Below the pieces are notes generated by a model. That model did not search any database. It was not told where the DNA came from and saw nothing but the letters and a program-made list of their open reading frames with translations. Below are positions 38,140 to 46,954 of a stretch of 55,854 bases of DNA, piece after piece. Positions within the stretch are counted from its first letter, which is position 1, and each line of letters opens with the position of its first letter. The DNA is from Desulfobacteraceae bacterium (GTDB lineage: Bacteria; Desulfobacterota; Desulfobacteria; Desulfobacterales; SKZT01): NCBI GenBank assembly GCA_007127235.1, contig SKZT01000106.1, positions 1 through 55,854 of the forward strand, given 5' to 3'. The position numbers were made by a program, and so were the translations under genes.

Positions 38140-39768
38140 ATGATAAGCATCCCTAAGAAAAAGAAGTCCGAAAATTTTGAGCCTTTGATCATAACCAATG
38201 ATAAGAAAAATGTCATCAGGCATAGTGAAGATCCCAAACCTGCGATATTATCCCGACAATTATACCTTAAGCTGTGTCCGCCAAAAGTTATTGACAAAGA
38301 ATCTCTCAGAATGATTCAAGTGCTCCAATTGCACAATGCAATCAATCATACTGAAACTGCTACTGGCTCGGCCATCCTGCTCAGGTCTCTTGTCCAACCC
38401 AGCACAAATCCATATTATATTCAATCCAAGCAGGAATCATTGAGTGAAATTGAATCCAATGATAGACTTTGCCAGAGTTTGACAGATTATGTCCTCGAAT
38501 TCAAAAACGGTGAAAACGCACTTTATAAATTTTTTAACAAAGGTCTATACGCTTTGTTTCCATATTCCGACATAAAAAGGGCAAGGAAATCAGCAGTCAA
38601 TATGGTCAAGATACTGAAGGCCATGCCACAGACGGAATCATCATATATAAAAGAATTAATATCAAATGTTCATTCTTATAAAAATTCATCCATTTATCGC
38701 ATGTTGGATGGGTCCATTTACAAGACTATCAAAGGACTGGAGTCCGATAAGGAAATCGGGTTTTTTACACCGAAACTAAAATTCATACCTCAGCGTATTA
38801 CCAACTGGGTTGCTGCCGGTCCCGCGGTAGCTGTTGTGCCCTATATCTGGGAAAAATTTGGATTCGAGCAATCCCTGTCACCATTGATGACAACCACCGG
38901 AATTGTATGGACCGGATTATATGCTTTATACAGCTTGTTTATCAAGCCCATAAGAGACACGGAGGCATTTATTGAGCCTTTGAGAGAAAAATGTGTATAC
39001 GATAAAATTTTCAGCCAAACAGTTGATTCGGTTGGAATGATTGATGAACTCTTATCTTTTCGCAAATTTTCCAATGAATTTCCCCATTCTACAACCCTGC
39101 CGAAGATTACTGAGACAGACCAACATTTTTTCGAAGCAACCGGTTTGAAAAGTCCGGTGTTGGCAAAGCACAAGACAGATTTTGTGCCAAACGATGTATT
39201 TTTGAACGGCGCGAAACTGACCTTCATCAGTGGACCCAACAGCGGAGGTAAAACGACAGTGTGCAAGAGCATTGTTCACAATCAGTTGCTTGCGCAGATC
39301 GGATCCTATGTCGTAGCTGACAAGGCAACCATCAGTCTGGCTGATATGATAAGTTATCAAGCGCCAAAATTTGATGGGTTGCAAGATGATGAAGGAAGAT
39401 TCGGTACCGAACTTGGCAGGACCCGAGACATTTTTTATTCAACAGCTCCAAAGAGCCTGGTGATTCTTGATGAGCTGGCAGAGGGAACAACCTATGAAGA
39501 GAGGTTGCATGAATCATTTGGAATTCTCAATGATTTCCACCAAATAGGCAATAATACGGTTCTTGTCACTCACAATCATTCATTAGTGGATAAATTCATG
39601 GATGAGAAAAAGGGGCAATGCTTTATGGTTGAATTCAATGGAGATGATCCGACCTACAGGTTAGTGCCCGGGATATCGAGAGTATCCCATGCTGAAAGAA
39701 TAGCCAGAAAAATCAATTTTTCCAAAGAAGACAGATACCGGTATATGAAAGAAATGGGATATGTTTGA
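38140..39768 (+). CDS. MutS-related protein: MutS core (domain III-like), two predicted TM helices and a MutS domain V ATPase; it lacks the mismatch-binding and connector domains
   Basis: ATPase motifs FISGPNSGGKTT, VILDELAEGTTYEER and VLVTHNH. The domain III-like start is TATGSAILLRSLVQPSTN. Hydrophobic helices are WVAAGPAVAVVPYIW and TTTGIVWTGLYALYSLFI. Confidence 0.75.
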   Translation: MISIPKKKKSENFEPLIITNDKKNVIRHSEDPKPAILSRQLYLKLCPPKVIDKESLRMIQVLQLHNAINHTETATGSAILLRSLVQPSTNPYYIQSKQESLSEIESNDRLCQSLTDYVLEFKNGENALYKFFNKGLYALFPYSDIKRARKSAVNMVKILKAMPQTESSYIKELISNVHSYKNSSIYRMLDGSIYKTIKGLESDKEIGFFTPKLKFIPQRITNWVAAGPAVAVVPYIWEKFGFEQSLSPLMTTTGIVWTGLYALYSLFIKPIRDTEAFIEPLREKCVYDKIFSQTVDSVGMIDELLSFRKFSNEFPHSTTLPKITETDQHFFEATGLKSPVLAKHKTDFVPNDVFLNGAKLTFISGPNSGGKTTVCKSIVHNQLLAQIGSYVVADKATISLADMISYQAPKFDGLQDDEGRFGTELGRTRDIFYSTAPKSLVILDELAEGTTYEERLHESFGILNDFHQIGNNTVLVTHNHSLVDKFMDEKKGQCFMVEFNGDDPTYRLVPGISRVSHAERIARKINFSKEDRYRYMKEMGYV

Positions 39769-39769
39769 T

Positions 39770-39792
39770 TCTGGGAGGGGCTGGGGGAGGGA
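39770..39792. repeat. G-rich 23-nt dispersed repeat, copy 2
   Basis: TCTGGGAGGGGCTGGGGGAGGGA is identical to 12915-12937. It starts 2 nt after the stop of the MutS-related gene. Confidence 0.6.
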
Positions 39793-39837
39793 AAGGTACC
39801 TTTAAATGAGTTTGTCGCCACCACGGGGGTTTTGAAA

Positions 39838-40170
39838 ATGAAAAAGATGAGAGCGTTAAGTATTCGGCAGCCTTACGCTGAACAGATTCTCAGCGGTGAA
39901 AAGAAAATAGAATACCGCAGCAGATCTACCAAAATTAGGGAAAGGGTTTATATCTATGCCAGCAAGACTCCGGGCGATTTTGAAGAGTTCAAAAAAATGA
40001 AACTCAATCCATCCATTTTGCCCACGGGTCTCTTGGTTGGTACAGTTGAAATCACCGACTGCACCGGCCAGGACGGAAGTTACCAATGGTACCTGGCGAA
40101 GCCTGAGCGGATGCATCGTGCAATAAAGCCAAAAAATCGTCCTCAGCCGGTGTGGTTTTATCCTTTCTGA
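39838..40170 (+). CDS. ASCH (PUA-like) domain protein
   Basis: RALSIRQPYAEQILSGEKKIEYRS...VYIYA is typical of ASCH domains. I chose the ATG at 39838 because it lies 9-10 nt after GGGGG; the ORF track starts at a TTG at 39832. Confidence 0.75.
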   Translation: MKKMRALSIRQPYAEQILSGEKKIEYRSRSTKIRERVYIYASKTPGDFEEFKKMKLNPSILPTGLLVGTVEITDCTGQDGSYQWYLAKPERMHRAIKPKNRPQPVWFYPF

Positions 40171-40179
40171 ACACCTTTT

Positions 40180-41676
40180 TTAAAGCCTTCCATAAGTGCG
40201 GGTCATGTGTCGCAGCTTCTCCCGAATATCGGGAGTAAATTGATTCCGGGTCATTCGCCACTTCCATGAACCTCCGCTTTCCCCCGGCGTGTTCATTCTT
40301 GCTTCCGAACCGAGCCCTAATAAATCCTGTAATGGGATTATTGCTGTGTTTGCCACTGACATCATTGCCATCCGGATCATTTCCCAATGAATTTCATTTT
40401 CCGGAATGGATCTTCCCAGGTATTCATGAAGGTTTTCTTTCGTCCTATCATCGATTTCGTCTTTATACCATCCGGGGACGGTATTGTTGTCGTGGGAACC
40501 TGTGTAAACCAGGCAATTTTTATCATGCAGGTAGGGAAGATGTGTGCTGAAGGGGAAATCGCCTCCGAAGGCGAACTGAAGCACGCGCATTCCTGGAAGA
40601 CTGAAACGCCGAAGGATTTCATTAACATCGGGAGTTATGGTTCCCAGATCTTCAGCAACAATGGGAAGGCATCCAAACCGCTTGTAAAGATATCCGAGAA
40701 AATCATCAGCGGGCGCGTCTATCCATTTTCCCCGCTGAGCGGTTTTTTCTCCGGGAGCCACTTCCCAGAAACCCACCAAGCCGCGAAAATGGTCTATTCT
40801 CACGATATCGAATATTTCAAGATTAAGTTCGATGCGGCGAGTCCACCATGGATACCGGTTTTTTTGCTGCTCTTTCCAGTTGTAAACCGGATGACCCCAC
40901 AGCTGTCCGGTTGAGCTGAAATAGTCCGGTGGAACCCCTGAAAGACCAAGGGGTTTGAGCTGGTCGTCCAATTTGAACTGTTCGGGGTTGGTCCAGACAT
41001 CCACACTTTCATAAGGCATGTATATGGGAATATCCCCGAAAATCCGGATTCCCTGACGATTGCCGTACTTTTTCAGTTTATGCCACTGACTGTAAAATAA
41101 ATATTGGAGAAATTTTTCTTTTTGAATTTCATAGAAATAATCTTTCTTTATCCCTGATATAGCATTGGGGTTTCGATCCCGAAGCTCGGCCGGCCATTGA
41201 TTCCATGATTGGCCGGGAAACTGTTTTCTTAATACGCTGAAAACAGCATAATTGTCCAACCACTCGGCCTGGCTGCAAAAGTGTTCAAAATCGCCAATAC
41301 TCTCCTCCCGCCTTACAAAACGATCAAAGGCGTTAGCAAAAAGGCGTTCCTTGTATTTTATAACCGGCAAAAAATCGATATATCCTTCAGTTTCATCAAA
41401 GACTTCCCCGGTTTCCTCTTCGCTTACCCATCCTTCTGCCGCCAAAAGTTCGGGGCTGATCAGCATCGTGTTGCCTGCAAATGCAGAGATGCTGTGATAA
41501 GGGGAATTCCCGTGGCCGGGATCCGTTGGATTCATGGGAAGTACCTGCCAGGTGCACTGGCCACTTTCCACCAGCATATCGATAAAGCGATAAGCCCCCG
41601 GCCCCAAATCACCGATACCGAAACGATTATAAAGGGAGGTTACATGGAGAAGAATACCACAGGATCTTACTGTCAT
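40180..41676 (-). CDS. malQ: 4-alpha-glucanotransferase (amylomaltase, GH77)
   Basis: SCGILLHVTSLYNRFGIGDLG, RIDHFRG and GTHDN-type (GSHDNNT) motifs. I trimmed the start to the ATG at 41676, which overlaps the treY stop (TAATG). Confidence 0.9.
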   Translation of the reverse strand: MTVRSCGILLHVTSLYNRFGIGDLGPGAYRFIDMLVESGQCTWQVLPMNPTDPGHGNSPYHSISAFAGNTMLISPELLAAEGWVSEEETGEVFDETEGYIDFLPVIKYKERLFANAFDRFVRREESIGDFEHFCSQAEWLDNYAVFSVLRKQFPGQSWNQWPAELRDRNPNAISGIKKDYFYEIQKEKFLQYLFYSQWHKLKKYGNRQGIRIFGDIPIYMPYESVDVWTNPEQFKLDDQLKPLGLSGVPPDYFSSTGQLWGHPVYNWKEQQKNRYPWWTRRIELNLEIFDIVRIDHFRGLVGFWEVAPGEKTAQRGKWIDAPADDFLGYLYKRFGCLPIVAEDLGTITPDVNEILRRFSLPGMRVLQFAFGGDFPFSTHLPYLHDKNCLVYTGSHDNNTVPGWYKDEIDDRTKENLHEYLGRSIPENEIHWEMIRMAMMSVANTAIIPLQDLLGLGSEARMNTPGESGGSWKWRMTRNQFTPDIREKLRHMTRTYGRL

Positions 41677-44486
41677 TATTTTCGGCCTCCTGTTAATAAA
41701 GCCCCGGGAAACATCTGGAAAAGTTCTCCCATTGGCAGGTTGTTTTTTAGTGTAAAATCTTGGCCTGTTAAAGCATTTTGCCAGCGGCTGGGTGCTCCCG
41801 GGGGTAAAACAGCAGCCGTATCTTCCCAAACAGTAGATCCCAACGGTGTTTGCTGGGGGGTAATCAATCCTGCTAAAAAGCGTGGAACGGCGACAATACT
41901 CCATTGATTTTCCAACTGTCGGGCAAATGCGACCACATGCCAGCTGAATCGACCCGTAATGTTCACAGGAATATAGGAACCGTCCAAAAATAATCGGGGA
42001 TATTGCTTTCGGACTTCAAGGCTTTTTGTGATTAAAAAAAGTTTTAGCCGGTCTGCTGCCGCCACCAATTGCAAGGGTTCCGGAAAAGGATCCATTCTGC
42101 CGTCACAAGAGGCTTCTCGTATTTTTCTCATAAGCATTTTTCGCTTTTCATAGTCCACAGGCCTGCGGTTATCCGGATCGACAAGATTGAGATTCATTAA
42201 TTCGGAACCCTGGAAACAATCCGGTACACCCGGAGCCGCGATTTTAATCAGGCTTATGGATAAAGAATTGAAGAAACCATAATAAGCTACAGTGCGGCAA
42301 AAGGAAACAAATTCCTCCATAAAAAGGTTCCTGGACCCGCTTTGATCAAGAATGCCCCGTAGAAACGAAATAACACCCGCTTCGTATTTTTCATCAGGTG
42401 AGTGCCAGGAACTATGGATCTTAGCCTCCCGCAAACATTTGACCATGTAATTTTCAAGGCGTTCAGCGTATGGAGGATCGGTATCTGCTTCCAAAGGCCA
42501 AAATCCCACTAAAGTCTGATAAATAAAATATTCTTCGACATTATCGGGCACCAAAACCTCATTTAACCGGATTTTTTTCTCCCGGTTAAGGTTATACCAA
42601 TTGGAGACCCGCTTTTCCCATTGATCCGGTATTTCCGATAAAACGTTCAGGCGGGCCCGGATGTCTTCTCCGCGCTTGCTGTCGTGGGTGGAAGAGCTGC
42701 TCATGGAATAGGGCCATTTTTCTGACCTTTCTTTCATAAATTCGTGAAAAGACCGGCGTGTGTTTCCCAGGCGATCCGGTACTCCCCCCACTTCGTTTAG
42801 TGATAACAATAGCGGATAGCGATAAAGAGAGGTATCTTCCAAACCTTTGGCCATCAGGGGGGCCGTCAACTGTTCCAGTTGAGTGACGGCCCGTCTTCTC
42901 AGCTCAAAAAGCACTTTTTCATTGCCGAAGGAAACATCATAGGTTTTCAGAAGAATTTTTTGCAAAAATTCGAACTCATAGAGCAAATCGGGCCGATGAA
43001 GGGTTCCCAGGCTGATGGTGTGGTGAATGTAAGTTTTATCTTCAGGGGTAATGTTTTCCGAACCCGCATATGTTCTGTATACGGGAAAACGGATCAAAAA
43101 TTCGATAAGTGCCGCTTTTAGTCTTGACCGGGTTATGTCGGCACCGCTTGGAAGATTCATTGCCAACTTTTGCATCGATCCTACCAGATTATCTAAGTCT
43201 CCCATGAAATGCGTTGACAAAATGAGCTTTTTGGCAGAAACCAGGATTTTTTCAAAAGGCTCAGCAACGGAAGTATATTTAGTGAGAATCGATTTCATGG
43301 CTTTTTCGTTATCTCCACGCACAAAAAGGCTTTCCACGTGGTACGAAAACTCATAACCTGTGGTGCCCTGGATGGGCCATGGGTCAGGAAGGTACTCGTT
43401 ATGTTCCAGAATTTTTTCAACGATGAGATAGGCGTTTGCTGCAGCTTTTCTAAGTTTTGTGAGGTAGTCGGCAGGGTTGACCAGACCATCAATATGATCA
43501 ACCCGAAAGCCGTCAATTATTTTTTCGTCGAAAAGGCGCAAAAGCAATTGGTGGCTCCAAAGAAAAACAGGGTCCCTCTCCTGGCGCAGCGCGATTAAAT
43601 CGTTTATATCGAAAAAACGCCGGTAATTGATCTCTTCACCGGCTGTTTTCCAAAAGCGGAGTCTGAAAAATTGGGCCTCCAGCAACTTGTGCATCCCCAG
43701 AAAGCTTTGCTTATCCTCGGGATTTCCGTTGATGGTTTCAATCATACCGTCGAGACCAAGGGTGATATCAGGTTGCTCTTGGTAAAGCTTCCAAAGCTCG
43801 GCTTTCAGTTCCGTAATGAGATTATCACGCTCAGGGTTTGGTCCTTTTTGCGATGTGGTCTTGAATCGGGCTGCCATGTCGGTGAATTGTTGAATAGCAT
43901 GAGTTGCCTTTTCGTGCTTTTTGTGCATCTCTTCTTCAACCCGGTCCAGCAATTCTCCATATGAAGCAAGGGCCAGCGGCAGTTTGAATTCATAATAACG
44001 GATCGAAAAACCTTCCTCATTAAAATTCAGGCGAATTTGTCCATCAAGGAGACATTTTTCGTAATGATCACCCAAAAATGGTGCTGACAGCTTGCCTTCG
44101 AGGAAGGTACATACCGGCTGCAGGTCAGTATCGAAAAAATACCGATATGATGAGTTCGGCCCAAGCTCCAAAAGGTCGCGAAGTGCCGAGTTGTCAAAAT
44201 CGTAAGCCAGGTGATTGGGCACGATATCCTGAACCCATCCCATGTTCAGTTTTTTTAACTGGTTTATCAGGGTTTCGAAATCCTCCTGACTGCCCAACAA
44301 AGGGTTCAAAAGACCGGGATCGACTCCGTCATAACCGTGAGCACTCGTTTTACGAGCTTTAAGTATCGGTGATGCATACACATGGGTAACTCCCAGCTGC
44401 TTGAGATAATCCAAAATTTCATTGGCCGCCCGGAAACCGAACGACGAGTTGAACTGCAACCTGTAAGTGGCGATAGGTATGTTCAT
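41676..44486 (-). CDS. treY: Malto-oligosyltrehalose synthase
   Basis: The N-terminus ATYRLQFNSSFGFRAANEILDYLKQLGVTHVYASPILKA...HGYD is typical of TreY; 936 aa. Confidence 0.92.
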   Translation of the reverse strand: MNIPIATYRLQFNSSFGFRAANEILDYLKQLGVTHVYASPILKARKTSAHGYDGVDPGLLNPLLGSQEDFETLINQLKKLNMGWVQDIVPNHLAYDFDNSALRDLLELGPNSSYRYFFDTDLQPVCTFLEGKLSAPFLGDHYEKCLLDGQIRLNFNEEGFSIRYYEFKLPLALASYGELLDRVEEEMHKKHEKATHAIQQFTDMAARFKTTSQKGPNPERDNLITELKAELWKLYQEQPDITLGLDGMIETINGNPEDKQSFLGMHKLLEAQFFRLRFWKTAGEEINYRRFFDINDLIALRQERDPVFLWSHQLLLRLFDEKIIDGFRVDHIDGLVNPADYLTKLRKAAANAYLIVEKILEHNEYLPDPWPIQGTTGYEFSYHVESLFVRGDNEKAMKSILTKYTSVAEPFEKILVSAKKLILSTHFMGDLDNLVGSMQKLAMNLPSGADITRSRLKAALIEFLIRFPVYRTYAGSENITPEDKTYIHHTISLGTLHRPDLLYEFEFLQKILLKTYDVSFGNEKVLFELRRRAVTQLEQLTAPLMAKGLEDTSLYRYPLLLSLNEVGGVPDRLGNTRRSFHEFMKERSEKWPYSMSSSSTHDSKRGEDIRARLNVLSEIPDQWEKRVSNWYNLNREKKIRLNEVLVPDNVEEYFIYQTLVGFWPLEADTDPPYAERLENYMVKCLREAKIHSSWHSPDEKYEAGVISFLRGILDQSGSRNLFMEEFVSFCRTVAYYGFFNSLSISLIKIAAPGVPDCFQGSELMNLNLVDPDNRRPVDYEKRKMLMRKIREASCDGRMDPFPEPLQLVAAADRLKLFLITKSLEVRKQYPRLFLDGSYIPVNITGRFSWHVVAFARQLENQWSIVAVPRFLAGLITPQQTPLGSTVWEDTAAVLPPGAPSRWQNALTGQDFTLKNNLPMGELFQMFPGALLTGGRK

Positions 44487-44504
44487 AAATGTTTGACCTG
44501 TCTT

Positions 44505-46943
44505 TTAATTGTATATGTCATCGCTTTCGGGCATCCGTATGTTTAATTTCCCACACACTCTTTTGAAGATGTCGATCCAGTCGGCATCTGCTTTATGGTC
44601 GGCTTTCTTTTCAGGCTGATAAGTGCTTTTGCGCTGAGCAACCTCATAGAATATGTTTTGAAGGTTGCGCAGGTTTACATCAAAGGGTAGTTTATAGACT
44701 AATTTGACACTGTTGTTGATTTGGGATAACAGCCCTAAGCGATATGGATTTTCTCCAAACTCTATTCCTTTGGCCTCAATGTTTTTCCGAATGGTATATT
44801 CCAGAGCATCTGCGTCAATAGAAATGCCAGCCAGTTCTGCTTCTTTAAGCAATTCCGATATGGTTTCGTGGTCCAGTGTCTCCTGGCTGAATTGATTTTT
44901 CAAATCTCCGTTCAGTGCTATTTTTCCAGCGTTATAAAGTGCCGAAGGGCAGGGGGTGGAAGATCCTTTCAGAAAACGCATCAGTGGAATATTCTGTTGG
45001 TATAGACGGTGATAGACTGTCAGGGCGTCCTTTACCTTGCTTTCCAGAATCAGATTGATGATTTTGCGTTGGCCGTCTCGCAAAAGGGAATTCAGGGAAT
45101 AAATGGAGTTTTGGAAATACCTGTCGAAACTACGAAGGATTTCCGTGAACTCCGCCCGTTCGAAATGATCCAGTAAAAAGGGCGTCAATTCCTCGGAGTC
45201 TTTGTCGTAGCGGTTTTCTCGGATGCCGCAACTCAGATTGTGATCTCCCACATAAAGGACCGCGAACTGAAGCACGGCGGATTCCAGGGTAATTTCGGAG
45301 ATAATTTCCACACGTCCTGTGGCAAGCCTGGCTGTGCCGGCTTCGGCCCCATGATAGCTAAGCCGCCGGACATTGTAGCAAAAAACAGAGGAGCGATCCG
45401 GAAAGTATTCAAAAATGGTGCTTATGGCATAATGGGAAGCCACGCTTCTTAAATCTACCACAGCGGGTTTGATCCATTTTTCATATATTTGTTTTCCATC
45501 GCCGTGTGCGGGAATATTGCTTTTTGCCTCCGCCATTTTTTCGAGAAAAGGAGACGCAAAGTCCTCGCTGAACATTTCCGCGCATAATTGCAAAAGTCGA
45601 CCGGCATATTGGATGATCTGGACCGTCTCAATTCGGGAAAGATCATTAAAAAACCAACCACAGCTGGTGTACATGAGCATGGCATGTCGCTGCATTTCGA
45701 GAAGCTTTAAAATCCGTACGCTGTCTGCCGGACTTGTTGATTCTTTGGCATGATGCTCTATGAACCTGTGCAGATTTTTCGGAGACCGATCCAGGATAAT
45801 GTCGATGTAACCGTTTCTTGCTTTCCACGGGTCATGAAAAATCTGTCCCAATTCTTTTGCATAAACATCGGTCGCATGGTCTCGAAGCTGGTCCAAAGCG
45901 TCACGAAGAGGCAGTCTCCATTTCTGACTTTGTCCCCCATTTTCACCGCACCCACAGTCACTTCGCCATCGTTCCACACCATGGGCACAGCTCCAGGAAG
46001 TGTTTTCCACAATATCCACTTCATGGGTGGGTGGATACTTTTCCAGGTATTGGCCATAGTTGGTCAGTTCCGCGAGGTTTTCATCTTCAATGTATTTCAT
46101 GGCATATGCCAATGCCATATCTCCGAATGGACTATGATGACCGTAACTTTCACCATCAGTGGCAATGTGGAGCAGCTGGGGTTCATCCCGGTCCTCGAAT
46201 CCATTTACCAGACGTCTGGCGAATTTTTCCCCGTCCTCCAGTAAATATTCGAAAGCCACTGCCTGAGAAATAGGGCCGTCATAGAAGAAGAGCGCAATTT
46301 CAGTTCCGTTTGGAAGTTTCTGCGTATAAGCCCGCTTTGGATCGATAGTTCCTCCCCTGACATCTTCCCACTCTTCTTTTCCCTTTTCTCTGATTCCTGC
46401 GGCCTGGTAGGGCGACAAAACAGTAAATAAAATGCCCAGTTCTGCCATTATTTCCAATGTTTCAAGATCAACTGCTGTTTCCGGAAGCCACATCCCTTCG
46501 GGTTTGCGGCCGAAACGATGCTGAAAATCCCGAATACCCCAAAATACCTGCGTGTATTTATCCCGGCGGTTGGCAAGGGGCATGATCATGTGGTTGTAGG
46601 CCTGCGCCATTGCTGATCCATGACCGCCAAAATGAGTTTGGCTTTTAGCATCTGCTTTCAAAATCGCTTCATGGGTTTCGGGACTGTTTTCTTTCATCCA
46701 GGTCAGAAGTGTCGGGCCGAAGTTGAAACTCATTTTTTCATAGTTGTTGACGATTCTTGCAATTCTTCCATCCTCATCTAAAATCCGTGAAAATGCATTG
46801 GCAGAATAGCATTCCTCGGTAATGCGCTGGTTCCAGTCGTGATAGGGATGCGCGGAATCTTGAATTTCCACTGCTTCCAACCATGCATTTTCTCTGGGGG
46901 GTTGATAGAAATGTCCGTGAATACAAATGTATTTTTCCGCCAT
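44505..46943 (-). CDS. Glycoside hydrolase family 57 protein with a DUF3536-type C-terminal region
   Basis: The N-terminus YICIHGHFYQPPRENAW, with WLPE and ATDGESYGHH, matches GH57 conserved regions. There is a long helical C-terminal extension; 812 aa. Confidence 0.85.
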   Translation of the reverse strand: MAEKYICIHGHFYQPPRENAWLEAVEIQDSAHPYHDWNQRITEECYSANAFSRILDEDGRIARIVNNYEKMSFNFGPTLLTWMKENSPETHEAILKADAKSQTHFGGHGSAMAQAYNHMIMPLANRRDKYTQVFWGIRDFQHRFGRKPEGMWLPETAVDLETLEIMAELGILFTVLSPYQAAGIREKGKEEWEDVRGGTIDPKRAYTQKLPNGTEIALFFYDGPISQAVAFEYLLEDGEKFARRLVNGFEDRDEPQLLHIATDGESYGHHSPFGDMALAYAMKYIEDENLAELTNYGQYLEKYPPTHEVDIVENTSWSCAHGVERWRSDCGCGENGGQSQKWRLPLRDALDQLRDHATDVYAKELGQIFHDPWKARNGYIDIILDRSPKNLHRFIEHHAKESTSPADSVRILKLLEMQRHAMLMYTSCGWFFNDLSRIETVQIIQYAGRLLQLCAEMFSEDFASPFLEKMAEAKSNIPAHGDGKQIYEKWIKPAVVDLRSVASHYAISTIFEYFPDRSSVFCYNVRRLSYHGAEAGTARLATGRVEIISEITLESAVLQFAVLYVGDHNLSCGIRENRYDKDSEELTPFLLDHFERAEFTEILRSFDRYFQNSIYSLNSLLRDGQRKIINLILESKVKDALTVYHRLYQQNIPLMRFLKGSSTPCPSALYNAGKIALNGDLKNQFSQETLDHETISELLKEAELAGISIDADALEYTIRKNIEAKGIEFGENPYRLGLLSQINNSVKLVYKLPFDVNLRNLQNIFYEVAQRKSTYQPEKKADHKADADWIDIFKRVCGKLNIRMPESDDIYN

Positions 46944-46954
46944 TTTACATCTCC

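Noticed and set aside
41677-41904. 76-codon N-terminal extension of malQ in the ORF track; likewise treZ 48851-48931, treS 55480-55563, the kinase 36879-37004, csp 35071-35124 and glgM 50106-50117
   Set aside because: The extensions overlap the upstream gene and lack family similarity. Internal ATGs with good Shine-Dalgarno sequences coincide with the conserved N-termini.
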